Assembly (NCBI GenBank): GCA_002292815.1
Contig: DBBX01000010.1
Coordinates: 21,838-85,837, forward strand
DNA length: 64,000 nt
From: Thiotrichaceae bacterium UBA973
GTDB lineage: Bacteria > Pseudomonadota > Gammaproteobacteria > Eutrophobiales > Eutrophobiaceae
Direction: 5' to 3'
The notes beneath the pieces were generated by a model. That model ran no database searches. It had not been told where the DNA came from and worked only from the letters and a program-made list of their open reading frames with translations. Shown here piece by piece: positions 21,352 to 30,922 of this stretch. The position numbers and the translations under genes are program-made. The first letter of the stretch is position 1; the number at the start of each line of letters is the position of its first letter.

Positions 21352-21516
21352 TATTTTGCTCCTGATTAGTTAACTATTGACTAATGATCAAACTAGTAGA
21401 TTAAATAGAAATGACAATTAAATTATCATTTGATGTCAGAAGTTAAAGTAAAACTATAAACCCATATAAAACAAATAATTAAATATAATATCTAATGTTG
21501 ATTAGAGGAAATTTCA

Positions 21517-23775
21517 ATGCCTGATTCAATGAGTTTTGACTTCGAGCAAAACGAACAACGGCCACTACAGGAGTTTACCGAGAAAGCCTATCTCGATTAT
21601 TCCATGTACGTTATTCTTGACCGTGCCTTACCGCATATTGGTGATGGTCTGAAGCCAGTGCAACGCCGAATTATTTATGCCATGTCAGAGCTGGGCTTAA
21701 AGTCATCGGCAAAATACAAAAAATCAGCACGAACGATTGGTGATGTGCTGGGTAAATTCCATCCGCACGGTGATTCAGCCTGTTATGAAGCCATGGTCTT
21801 AATGGCACAGGATTTTTCCTATCGCTATCCACTAGTCGATGGTCAGGGTAATTGGGGCTCGATGGATGACCCTAAGTCCTTTGCTGCAATGCGCTATACA
21901 GAATCAAAATTGACACCATATTCAGATGTGTTGTTAAGTGAAGTCTCGCAAGGAACCGTTGACTGGGTACCTAATTTTGATGGTACCTTGGAAGAGCCGA
22001 AGATATTACCTGCTCGCCTACCCAATATTTTACTCAATGGCACCACTGGTATTGCCGTTGGTATGGCGACAGATATACCACCGCACAACCTGAAAGAAGT
22101 CGCCAGTGCCTGTATCCGCTTATTAGAATCGCCAAAGAGCACGGTAAAAGAGCTATGCGAGCATATTAAAGGTCCTGATTATCCAACTCATGCCGAGATA
22201 ATTACGCCTAAATCAGCCATTCAAGAAATCTACGAAACAGGTAATGGCTCAATCAAAATGCGCGCCATCTGGGAAAAGGAAGACGGCAATATTGTCATAA
22301 CGGCACTACCACATCAGAGCTCTGGCAGTAAGATTCTTGAGCAAATTGCAGCACAGATGCAGGCCAAGAAATTGCCCATGCTGGAAGATTTACGTGATGA
22401 GTCCGACCATGAAAACCCGGTCAGACTTATCCTGATACCACGATCAAACAGAATCAATCTTGATGAATTGATATTACATCTCTACGCAACAACCGACCTT
22501 GAGCGCAGCTATCGCGTGAACCTCAACATTATCGGACTCAATGGTCGACCTCAAGTGAAAGATCTGAGAGTTATATTGAAGGAATGGTTGGAATATAGGA
22601 TTGAAACCGTTCGTAAAAGATTGCAATTTCGACTGGATAAGGTTCTTGCCCAGATTCATGTCCTTGAAGGTTTGATGATCGCTTATTTGAATATTGATGA
22701 AGTGATCCAAATCATCCGAGAAGAAGATAAACCGAAAGCAGTATTGATGAAGCGATTTAAATTGAGTGATATTCAGGCTGACGCAGTACTTGATTTGAAG
22801 TTACGTAAATTAGCCAAGTTGGAAGAGGTTAAGATTAAGGGTGAGTTGGATGAACTCAACGATGAGCGTCAACAACTCGATACCACACTCAGTTCTAGTC
22901 AACGCTTAAAAACATTAGTGCGTAAAGAAATCGAAGCAGATGCCGCAGAATATGGCGATGTTCGAAAATCACCTTTAAAAGAAGGTTTAGAAGCAAAAGC
23001 CATTGATGAAACCAGTCTTGTGCCGACTGAACCGGTCACCATTATACTTTCAGATAAAGGTTGGGTGCGTGCTGCAAAAGGTCACGAAGTCGATCCGGAA
23101 TCATTGAATTACAAGAGTGGCGATAGTTTTAAGCAGGCAAGCCTTGGCAGAAGTAATCAGTCAGCGGTGTTTCTTGACTCTAGTGGTCGCTGTTATTCAT
23201 TACCGGCCCACTCATTGCCTTCGGCACGCAGTCTGGGCGAACCAATATCAGCTCGATTAACACCACCTGATGGCGTGACTTTTGAAGGTGTTATGGCCGG
23301 TGAACCAGAATCTGTGTACCTCGTTGCCTCAGATGCGGGTTATGGATTTATGCTGAAGCTGGAAGGCGTGTATACAAAAAATAGGAATGGTAAAGCGGTT
23401 ATTTCGGTACCGAGTGGTGCAAATATATTAGCACCAAGCAAAGTGAATGATATTAAAAATGATTGGGTAGCCGCAGTCAGTTCGATAGGGCGCATGTTGA
23501 TGTTCCCCATTAGTGAATTAACTTTATTGCCCAAAGGCAAAGGACTGAAGATCATTCAAATACCACCAGCCAAACTTAAAACACGAGAAGAATATGTTGT
23601 TGCCATGACGACGATGGCTGAAACCGATAATTTACTCATCTATGCGGGCAAGAAACACATGACAATGAAGTCTGCCGATCAGGAATACTATATCGGAGAA
23701 CGTGGAAGACGTGGAAACATGCTTCCCCGTGGCTATAGAAATGTAAATAGCATTAAAGCTGAGCATAAAGGTTAA
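21517..23775 (+). CDS. parC: DNA topoisomerase IV subunit A
   Basis: [45 protein letters not shown] (catalytic Tyr), GERGRRG tail. Confidence 0.97.
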   Translation: MPDSMSFDFEQNEQRPLQEFTEKAYLDYSMYVILDRALPHIGDGLKPVQRRIIYAMSELGLKSSAKYKKSARTIGDVLGKFHPHGDSACYEAMVLMAQDFSYRYPLVDGQGNWGSMDDPKSFAAMRYTESKLTPYSDVLLSEVSQGTVDWVPNFDGTLEEPKILPARLPNILLNGTTGIAVGMATDIPPHNLKEVASACIRLLESPKSTVKELCEHIKGPDYPTHAEIITPKSAIQEIYETGNGSIKMRAIWEKEDGNIVITALPHQSSGSKILEQIAAQMQAKKLPMLEDLRDESDHENPVRLILIPRSNRINLDELILHLYATTDLERSYRVNLNIIGLNGRPQVKDLRVILKEWLEYRIETVRKRLQFRLDKVLAQIHVLEGLMIAYLNIDEVIQIIREEDKPKAVLMKRFKLSDIQADAVLDLKLRKLAKLEEVKIKGELDELNDERQQLDTTLSSSQRLKTLVRKEIEADAAEYGDVRKSPLKEGLEAKAIDETSLVPTEPVTIILSDKGWVRAAKGHEVDPESLNYKSGDSFKQASLGRSNQSAVFLDSSGRCYSLPAHSLPSARSLGEPISARLTPPDGVTFEGVMAGEPESVYLVASDAGYGFMLKLEGVYTKNRNGKAVISVPSGANILAPSKVNDIKNDWVAAVSSIGRMLMFPISELTLLPKGKGLKIIQIPPAKLKTREEYVVAMTTMAETDNLLIYAGKKHMTMKSADQEYYIGERGRRGNMLPRGYRNVNSIKAEHKG

Positions 23776-23872
23776 TCTTTAACCACTTGTCACTATACGG
23801 CACTGATTAATATATTGTATATTGCGCTAAATAAACTTACTTATTCATTAACCTTGGGTTACACATAAGACC

Positions 23873-25750
23873 ATGAAAAATTATCATCCAACGCGACTTC
23901 TAAAAATTACTATTTGCACACTTCTTATTTTCTCTCTATCTGCATGTTCAGATAAAGACGAAGCTAAAACTAAAACTTCTAATGCTGATGTTACAAAATC
24001 AAGTGCTCCTGCTGTTGTAGAAGAAGCTTCGGTTGTGAGTAGCTCAGGTGATAGTGATTCAGTTGATTGGGCAAAGTACGGAAACAATTATGCTAATCAC
24101 CGTTTCAGTGAACTTAAACAGATTACAACCGAAAACGTGGACCAGCTAGAACTAGCCTGGACTTACCAGACTGGTATTAAGAAAACGTTTCAAACAAGTC
24201 CTATCGTTGTTGATGGCGCCATGTTTATTACGACACCATTGAATGACGTTATATCAATGGATGCGCTGACAGGAAAAGAAATCTGGCGTTATAAACATGA
24301 TTTGCAGGGCGATAAGTTTTGTTGTGGCCCTTCAAACCGTGGCCCTGCAGTTTCTGATGGAAAAGTATTTACCGTCACAATCGACGCTCGATTAATCGCA
24401 TTGGATAAAAATACGGGTGAAAAATTGTGGGATGTACCTATCTCAGATCCAAATTCAGGTATCGACGAGGAGATGAATCCGATAACGAATATGGAAGAAT
24501 TAAAGGGTGCCGTCATGACAGGCGCTTCTGGTCATAGCGCTAGTCTTGCCCCACAAGTTTATGATGGGAAGGTCTTTGTCGGGATCACCGGAGCCGGTTA
24601 CGGTTTACATATGGAAGTCGAACAAGACGGCAAACAAACACTGGCTGTAGGTGGTTTTGCAGGTGGTGGACATGGTTTACGCGGATACATGGTGGCCTAT
24701 GATGTGAATACCGGCGAAGAAATTTGGCGCTGGTATAGCTCTTCCGAAGAGGATTGGGAAGGTGATTGGGTTGAAGCTTCATCAGGTGGTGAGAGTTTTA
24801 ATCGCGATATAGAAAGTGAAAAAGCTAACTCCGAGAAGTATAAAGATTCTTGGAAGTTAGGCGGTGGTTCTATTTGGACAACCCCCGCTTTAGATACAGA
24901 ACTAGGTTTGCTTTATTTTGGCACAGGCAATCCATCACCACAGATGGAAGACTCAACCCGGCCTGGTGATAGCCGGAACACGGTTAGTTTGGTCGCAGTC
25001 GATGTGAATACCGGTAAACTTAAATGGGCCTATCAGCAAGTACCTCACGATCGTTGGGGCTATGATGTTGCTAGTCCACCTGTATTGATCGATTTTTTAA
25101 AAGACGGAAAAACAATCAAGGCAGTATCACAAGCTAGTAAAACAGGTTGGTTGTTTATTCATGATAGGGCAACCGGTGAATTGCTATTACGTTCGGACGC
25201 ATTCGTACCACAAGAAAATATATTTGCCAGACCAACAGAAGAAGGCGTGCGCATTGCGCCGAGTACCTTTGGTGCAACGACATGGTCACCAGCAGCGTAT
25301 TATCCAGAATTAAACTCTATGTATATTGCAGGTATCTATACAGTAGCTAAATTTTATTCTAAAAAATTGACGCCTGAACCTGGTAAGCCATGGTCGAGTT
25401 TTACCTTTTTCAAGCCAACAACGGATCCAACCTGGGGCAATATAACGTCAGTTGATCTAACGACCGGTAAAATCAAATGGGAAGTGAAAACCGATCAGCC
25501 GATGGTTGGTGGTGTTATGGCGACAGCGGGTGGGCTACTGTTTGCTGGTGAGGGTAGTGGTAACTTTAATGCATACGAAGCCAAGACTGGCAAACTGCTC
25601 TGGCAACATAAGAGTCAATACGGTGTTAATGCACCTCCGATAACTTATAAACTCAATGGCACACAATATATTGCTGTTGCTTCCGGTGGTAGTGGATTAT
25701 TTAAATATGCAATGGGTGATGAGATATTAGTCTTTAAGCTTAAGCAATAA
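23873..25750 (+). CDS. PQQ-binding beta-propeller dehydrogenase-like lipoprotein (atypical active site)
   Basis: Lipobox LSAC; tryptophan-docking repeats (A.D..TG...W); vicinal CC then NRG; GTGNPSP; PHDRWGYD; PITY...G.QYIAV. Confidence 0.88.
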   Translation: MKNYHPTRLLKITICTLLIFSLSACSDKDEAKTKTSNADVTKSSAPAVVEEASVVSSSGDSDSVDWAKYGNNYANHRFSELKQITTENVDQLELAWTYQTGIKKTFQTSPIVVDGAMFITTPLNDVISMDALTGKEIWRYKHDLQGDKFCCGPSNRGPAVSDGKVFTVTIDARLIALDKNTGEKLWDVPISDPNSGIDEEMNPITNMEELKGAVMTGASGHSASLAPQVYDGKVFVGITGAGYGLHMEVEQDGKQTLAVGGFAGGGHGLRGYMVAYDVNTGEEIWRWYSSSEEDWEGDWVEASSGGESFNRDIESEKANSEKYKDSWKLGGGSIWTTPALDTELGLLYFGTGNPSPQMEDSTRPGDSRNTVSLVAVDVNTGKLKWAYQQVPHDRWGYDVASPPVLIDFLKDGKTIKAVSQASKTGWLFIHDRATGELLLRSDAFVPQENIFARPTEEGVRIAPSTFGATTWSPAAYYPELNSMYIAGIYTVAKFYSKKLTPEPGKPWSSFTFFKPTTDPTWGNITSVDLTTGKIKWEVKTDQPMVGGVMATAGGLLFAGEGSGNFNAYEAKTGKLLWQHKSQYGVNAPPITYKLNGTQYIAVASGGSGLFKYAMGDEILVFKLKQ

Positions 25751-25768
25751 ACTAGCTGCAATATTGAT

Positions 25769-25795
25769 AAACGGGTGCTATGAGCACCCGTTTTT
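25769..25795. terminator. Bidirectional Rho-independent terminator between convergent genes
   Basis: AAACGGGTGCT-atg-AGCACCCGTTT followed by TT. Confidence 0.85.
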
Positions 25796-25804
25796 ATTTA
25801 AGAC

Positions 25805-26455
25805 TTATTTTGATTTTACTAGGATTTCCGCAAGACGTTCTTTAGCTTCATTACGACGACCTTCGTCGGCAACTTCACGTCCCGGACGAGCAGGGGCGGA
25901 TAGTGCCTTTTTATAAAACACTTCAGCTTGCTTGTACTTCTTTTTTTTCTTTAGAAAATCACCATAGTATAAATTAGCATCTATATCATCAGGATTAAGC
26001 ATGATTGCTTTATCTAGGTATTGTTTAGCAAGATCAAGATCACCAAAGCCAATGGGCCATTCCGGGACTAGAACGTATAAGGTGCCAAGATAGGTGTTAG
26101 CGGCACCTTTTGAGGCTTCAGGATCAATCTTGAGGGATTTTTCCAAGGCATCACGAGATTTTGTAACTGCATCTAATGCTCTTAACGTACCTATTGCTCC
26201 TGCATAAGTGGATAGAACAATCCCTTCCCAGAGGTGAGCGTCAGCATTGTCCGGTTGGTTCTCACGAATCAATGCAGCTTTCAAAGTGAGTTTTTCTAAA
26301 GCATCTTCATGTTGTTTTTTGCCTAATGTATATTTTATTCTTGCCCACTCTTTTTGTACTTCCTTTATCTCAGTATTGACATCTGCCTGAACTGAAAAGC
26401 AAAGCAGCATCAATCCGCTAATAACAAATAATGGCAAATGTGAATATAGTCTCAT
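25805..26455 (-). CDS. Exported tetratricopeptide repeat protein
   Basis: Signal peptide (VQA); TPR-like helices; LG.LY..VP.WPIGFGD...A..YL.KA...NP..ID.N..YGDFL. Confidence 0.82.
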   Translation of the reverse strand: MRLYSHLPLFVISGLMLLCFSVQADVNTEIKEVQKEWARIKYTLGKKQHEDALEKLTLKAALIRENQPDNADAHLWEGIVLSTYAGAIGTLRALDAVTKSRDALEKSLKIDPEASKGAANTYLGTLYVLVPEWPIGFGDLDLAKQYLDKAIMLNPDDIDANLYYGDFLKKKKKYKQAEVFYKKALSAPARPGREVADEGRRNEAKERLAEILVKSK

Positions 26456-26604
26456 GTTTTCTTCCTATTATATTTTATGTTGCAATATTTATTATTCAGA
26501 ACTCATTGTTATAAAAATCAGAGATCAAATATAATCTCAGAGGCGAATATAACTAGTAGTATAGATCGATACAATAAATCAATGATTATCTACGGGAGCA
26601 GGGT

Positions 26605-28095
26605 ATGACGCAAATATTCACAGATGAAGAATTGAAACAGTTTAAGTCAGCCCAAACTGATGCATTTGCTTCTCCCGTACCTACCCAAATCATATCCAAT
26701 GGTGAATTCACCCCATCACCACAATCAGAGCAACAATCTCAAGTTGAAGTTCGAATAAAACAATTAGCTGATGAGTATGGAAAAAAGCAAGGGCTTAGCC
26801 GTCGACAGTTTTTAGGAAGCGCTTCAGGTATGGCTGCTGCATTTTTAGCAATGAATGAAGTCTTTGGACCCTTGTTTATGGTCAATAAAGCTGAGGCGGC
26901 AGAACCTGAACGTGCATTAGCACGTGTTACTTCACTACAAGATCAATTTATCTTCGATGATCAGACTCATTTTGTGCATGATGACTTTAAACATGATGGT
27001 CTATTAAACATACCGCGCTTTGCAGCAGATCACTGGGAAGCGGGACTAACGAGAGAACAACTTTCATTAAGTGATTTAAAATTTCAGAATTATATCCGAC
27101 AAATATTTTTAAATAGCGATACTAAAATTGCATTATTAAGCGGCGCACCTTTTGATGATCCTAGCTGGTGGTTTTTAGCCAATGATCAGATTCGTGGTGC
27201 CGTAGAGTCAATCAATAAACTTGCAGGCGCTCGGCGTATGTACGGTCATTTTGTTATCACGCCTAAGCAATCGGGCTGGATGGATGAGGTAGACAAAGTT
27301 CTTGAGACGGGTCGCACAGATTCATGGAAGGCGTATACGATTGGCGACCCACTAACATCAACTACAAAATATCCATGGCGGCTAGATGATGAAGAATTGA
27401 TGTATCCCTTTTATGAAAAGGCAGTAAAAGCAGGGATTACAAATCTGGCGATACATAAGGGTTTGATGCCTGCGGATTATGAAAAAAGCTGGCCCGATGT
27501 CTGGAAACATGCTTCGGCATGGGATATTGGTAAAGCGGCAAAAGATTGGCCGGAAATGAATTTCATAATTTATCATGCTTGTCTGCGCCCCGCATTTGAA
27601 TTGCCTGAACAAGCTTTAGCGGAGTTTGAGGCAACCGGGGAGATTAAATGGGCGAGCGATTTAGCACGTATCCCTGAAGAATATGGTGTTGATAATGTCT
27701 ATGCTGATTTAGGCACTTGTTTTGCCAATTCAGCAACCGCTAATCCACGCTTTGCAGCCGCTCTGCTAGGCACTCTCATAAAAGGCCTTGGTGATGATCA
27801 TGTCGTGTGGGGGACAGATTCTGTTTGGTATGGGTCTCCACAATGGCAAATTGAAGCTCTGCGCCGATTAGAGATTCCTGAAGATATGCAAAAAAAGCAT
27901 GGTTTTGCTTCATTAGGCCCAGCAGATGGTGAAGTGAAAAATAAAATCTTTGGTTTGAATACAGCAGAACTATATAAGCTTGATTCAGAGATGGCGATGC
28001 ATGCACTCAAAAGTGATGTCATTACAGGGTTAAAGCAAGAATTTACAAATAGTGTCGACTTGCGTGATAATGAACGTTACGGATTTATAATTTAA
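26605..28095 (+). CDS. Amidohydrolase_2 family metal-dependent hydrolase with internal Tat-like signal
   Basis: SP.PTQ.ISNGEF, SRRQFL, FD.QTH, HKG, YH, WGTDS.WYGSPQWQIEA.RR, IFG.N.A.LY. Confidence 0.85.
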   Translation: MTQIFTDEELKQFKSAQTDAFASPVPTQIISNGEFTPSPQSEQQSQVEVRIKQLADEYGKKQGLSRRQFLGSASGMAAAFLAMNEVFGPLFMVNKAEAAEPERALARVTSLQDQFIFDDQTHFVHDDFKHDGLLNIPRFAADHWEAGLTREQLSLSDLKFQNYIRQIFLNSDTKIALLSGAPFDDPSWWFLANDQIRGAVESINKLAGARRMYGHFVITPKQSGWMDEVDKVLETGRTDSWKAYTIGDPLTSTTKYPWRLDDEELMYPFYEKAVKAGITNLAIHKGLMPADYEKSWPDVWKHASAWDIGKAAKDWPEMNFIIYHACLRPAFELPEQALAEFEATGEIKWASDLARIPEEYGVDNVYADLGTCFANSATANPRFAAALLGTLIKGLGDDHVVWGTDSVWYGSPQWQIEALRRLEIPEDMQKKHGFASLGPADGEVKNKIFGLNTAELYKLDSEMAMHALKSDVITGLKQEFTNSVDLRDNERYGFII

Positions 28096-28176
28096 CAATA
28101 AAAATAAACCGCTAATGCTCAGCCATTTGGGTGTGAAGTTATTGATAATAATTAACTTTTTCTAAAAATTTAAAAC

Positions 28177-28965
28177 ATGGTCACTTTTAAAAAACTTGTC
28201 GACTTCATAGCCTTGATCTTTCGTAGAGGTGTTTTCTGGTTCGGCTTCTATATCAGGCCGCCTATACACTGGTTTATCGGCTTGTTTTCAAAGGTAGGCA
28301 ACCCACCTGTTTTTAAAGATGATGTCTTTCTCTGGACTAAATCACTGGAAAGCAATTATGACGCAATACGCGCAGAAGCAATGAACATGATGCTTGAGCG
28401 CGATAAGATACCACCATTAAGAGATGTTTCTCCCGATCATGATCGCATTGCTGTTGATAATAAATGGCAGTCATTGTTTATTTGGGGATACAGCTATAAG
28501 TTTCAACGTAATGCTCAGCTATGTCCTGTAACAACAACTGTAGTGGAAAAAATTCCCGGACTGATCTCTGCTTTTTATTCGGTGCATGCACCGGGGACTC
28601 ATTTGCCGCGTCATTATGGTCCTACAAATGGCACTATCACTTGTCATTTGGGCTTAACGATTCCGAAGGCAAAAGGTTGTCGTATCTCGGTAGATGATAA
28701 GGAATATGAATGGCATGAAGGCAAGTGTTTTGTCTTTGATGATACTTATTATCACGAGGTCTGGAATGATACCGAAGAGGATCGGGTCATTTTGCTTGTT
28801 CAGTTCGAGCGGCCATTACGCCAACCGGGAAAGGCGCTAGCCGATAGTTTTATGTGGATGATAAGACGTAGCCCATTTATTCAGACAACATTGGCTAGAG
28901 TTAAAGAGTGGGAAAATTTAATTACTGATGGACATAGTGATATCCAAGACAGAGTAGACGGCTAA
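28177..28965 (+). CDS. Aspartyl/asparaginyl beta-hydroxylase domain protein (Fe(II)/2OG dioxygenase)
   Basis: CP.T, S...PGTH.P.HYG, HLGL.IP, W.EG....FDDTY.HEVWN....RV.L. Confidence 0.88.
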   Translation: MVTFKKLVDFIALIFRRGVFWFGFYIRPPIHWFIGLFSKVGNPPVFKDDVFLWTKSLESNYDAIRAEAMNMMLERDKIPPLRDVSPDHDRIAVDNKWQSLFIWGYSYKFQRNAQLCPVTTTVVEKIPGLISAFYSVHAPGTHLPRHYGPTNGTITCHLGLTIPKAKGCRISVDDKEYEWHEGKCFVFDDTYYHEVWNDTEEDRVILLVQFERPLRQPGKALADSFMWMIRRSPFIQTTLARVKEWENLITDGHSDIQDRVDG

Positions 28966-29155
28966 ACCTTTCAGCACTTGGTCACTATGTGACAGTGGCA
29001 ACAAGAGTTCTCTTCTTAAACGTTTAAACGCATTTCATTTAGCCAGTCAGCTTCTCTGAATAGTGCGCTGTTTTTTTTTCTTTAGCATGTAGCTGTAACA
29101 TTTAGGGGCTTTGCTTAATAAGTTAGTAAACTCTTCAGATAGTGCCAGGAGAATA

Positions 29156-30793
29156 ATGAGAATGTTCTTACCAGAAATGACCGACTATGATGAGATCAAG
29201 AGCCAATTTAAACTTGAGATTCCTGAGTTTTATAATTTTGGCTTCGATGTTATTGAAAAAATGGCAAAAGAGCATGACAAGACTGCTTTTATTGCTGTCG
29301 ATAATAAGGGAGAAAACATTCGACATTACGCCTTTAGCGATCTAGACCTTGCCTCCAATCAATTTGCGAATGCCTTGCTAGCGACGGGTGCTAAGAAAGG
29401 TGATTTTGCCTTTGTCATGTTACCGCGTATCCCCGAGTGGTACTTCACTATGATCGGTTGTTGTAAATCAGGTGTTGTTGCCATGCCAGGAACAGCAATG
29501 TTGTCTGCTAAAGATATTGAATACCGTATCAACAGGTCGAAAGCTAAACTTATTATTGTCACTTCTGAAAACGCCATTAAAGTTGATGAGGTCAAACATT
29601 TATGTCCGACATTGAAAACCTTCATTGTGATAGGCGAAGCAAGAGAAGGTTGGCAATGTTATTCGGAAATAACATCTCATGCATCTGACACACTCGATAA
29701 AACACAATTAGAGCCGACTCGCTCATCTGATCTGATGATCATGTATTTTACCTCTGGTACGACAGCGATGCCAAAGATGGTTCCTCGTGATCACTCATAC
29801 GCCTTAGCTCATAGTATTACTGCTCGTTATTGGATGGATTTGAAAGAAGATGATATCCATTGGACACTTTCAGATACTGGCTGGGCCAAAGCAGCATGGG
29901 GAATGTTGTTTTCTCCGTGGCAAATGGGTGTGACAGTCATACTTTTTAATGGTGAAGGTTTTGATGCTGAATTGCATCTCAAATTGATTGAGAAATTAGG
30001 AGTAACTACTTTCTGTGCACCGCCCACAATTTATCGAGTTTTTGCACAGATGGATCTGTCGCAATACAATTTGACTTCAATTCGACATGCCATTGGTGCA
30101 GGCGAACCACTTAATCCTGAAGTCATAAAGGTCTGGCGCGAAGCAACCGGTTCAGATATCTATGATGGTTATGGTCAAACCGAGACGATTAATATCGTCG
30201 CCAATTACCCAGCAATTCCAGTTAAACCCGGTTCAATGGGAAAACCCGTCCCCGGTGTCGATGTCCATATCGTCGATGAGGAAGGTAATGTATCTGACGT
30301 TGATACAGTTGGACATATTGCCATACGAATTACTGAACCGTTAGCACCAGGGATGTTTGCGGGTTATTGGCAGGATGATGAGGCGACAGCATTATCATTT
30401 CGAAATGGCTGGTATTTAACAGGAGATACCGGGACGATTGATGAAGATGGCTATATCTGGTTTGTTGGCCGTTCAGATGACGTCATCAGTTCGTCGGGAT
30501 ATCGAATCAGTCCATTTGAAGTTGAAAGTTATCTACTTGAACATCCTGCTGTCCACGAATCTGCAGCAGTAGGTAAACCAGATGAAATTCGTGGTGAAAT
30601 AGTGAAGGCCTTCATAGTACTTGCACCAAATTTTGAGCCCAGTGATGTACTTACTAAAGAACTTCAAGACTTCATGAAAAAAACCACTGCACCCTACAAA
30701 TACCCGCGCGAAATTGAATATCGAGAATCACTACCGAAAACGGTTTCCGGGAAGATACGTAGAGTTGAATTACGAGAAGAAGGGATTAGTTGA
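29156..30793 (+). CDS. Short/medium-chain acyl-CoA synthetase (AMP-forming, ACSM-like)
   Basis: YFTSGTT..PK, DTGWAK, AGEPLNPE, DGYGQTET, GRSDD, PYKYPR, LPKT.SGKIRR; SD AGGAG before ATG 29156 (ORF track TTG 29111). Confidence 0.92.
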   Translation: MRMFLPEMTDYDEIKSQFKLEIPEFYNFGFDVIEKMAKEHDKTAFIAVDNKGENIRHYAFSDLDLASNQFANALLATGAKKGDFAFVMLPRIPEWYFTMIGCCKSGVVAMPGTAMLSAKDIEYRINRSKAKLIIVTSENAIKVDEVKHLCPTLKTFIVIGEAREGWQCYSEITSHASDTLDKTQLEPTRSSDLMIMYFTSGTTAMPKMVPRDHSYALAHSITARYWMDLKEDDIHWTLSDTGWAKAAWGMLFSPWQMGVTVILFNGEGFDAELHLKLIEKLGVTTFCAPPTIYRVFAQMDLSQYNLTSIRHAIGAGEPLNPEVIKVWREATGSDIYDGYGQTETINIVANYPAIPVKPGSMGKPVPGVDVHIVDEEGNVSDVDTVGHIAIRITEPLAPGMFAGYWQDDEATALSFRNGWYLTGDTGTIDEDGYIWFVGRSDDVISSSGYRISPFEVESYLLEHPAVHESAAVGKPDEIRGEIVKAFIVLAPNFEPSDVLTKELQDFMKKTTAPYKYPREIEYRESLPKTVSGKIRRVELREEGIS

Positions 30794-30922
30794 TGGAACT
30801 TAAGAATCAGACATATGTTTTTATTGATGCATGTATCTGCTGCTTTTAGATCCTTTCTACGACAAAGACTCTGGAAATAGACTAGAAAGAGGCTTATAAA
30901 GGTTACAAATCAGGGGTATTAA

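Noticed and set aside
21377-21391. FNR box TTGAC-taatg-ATCAA
   Set aside because: The spacer is 5 nt; FNR requires TTGAT-N4-ATCAA.
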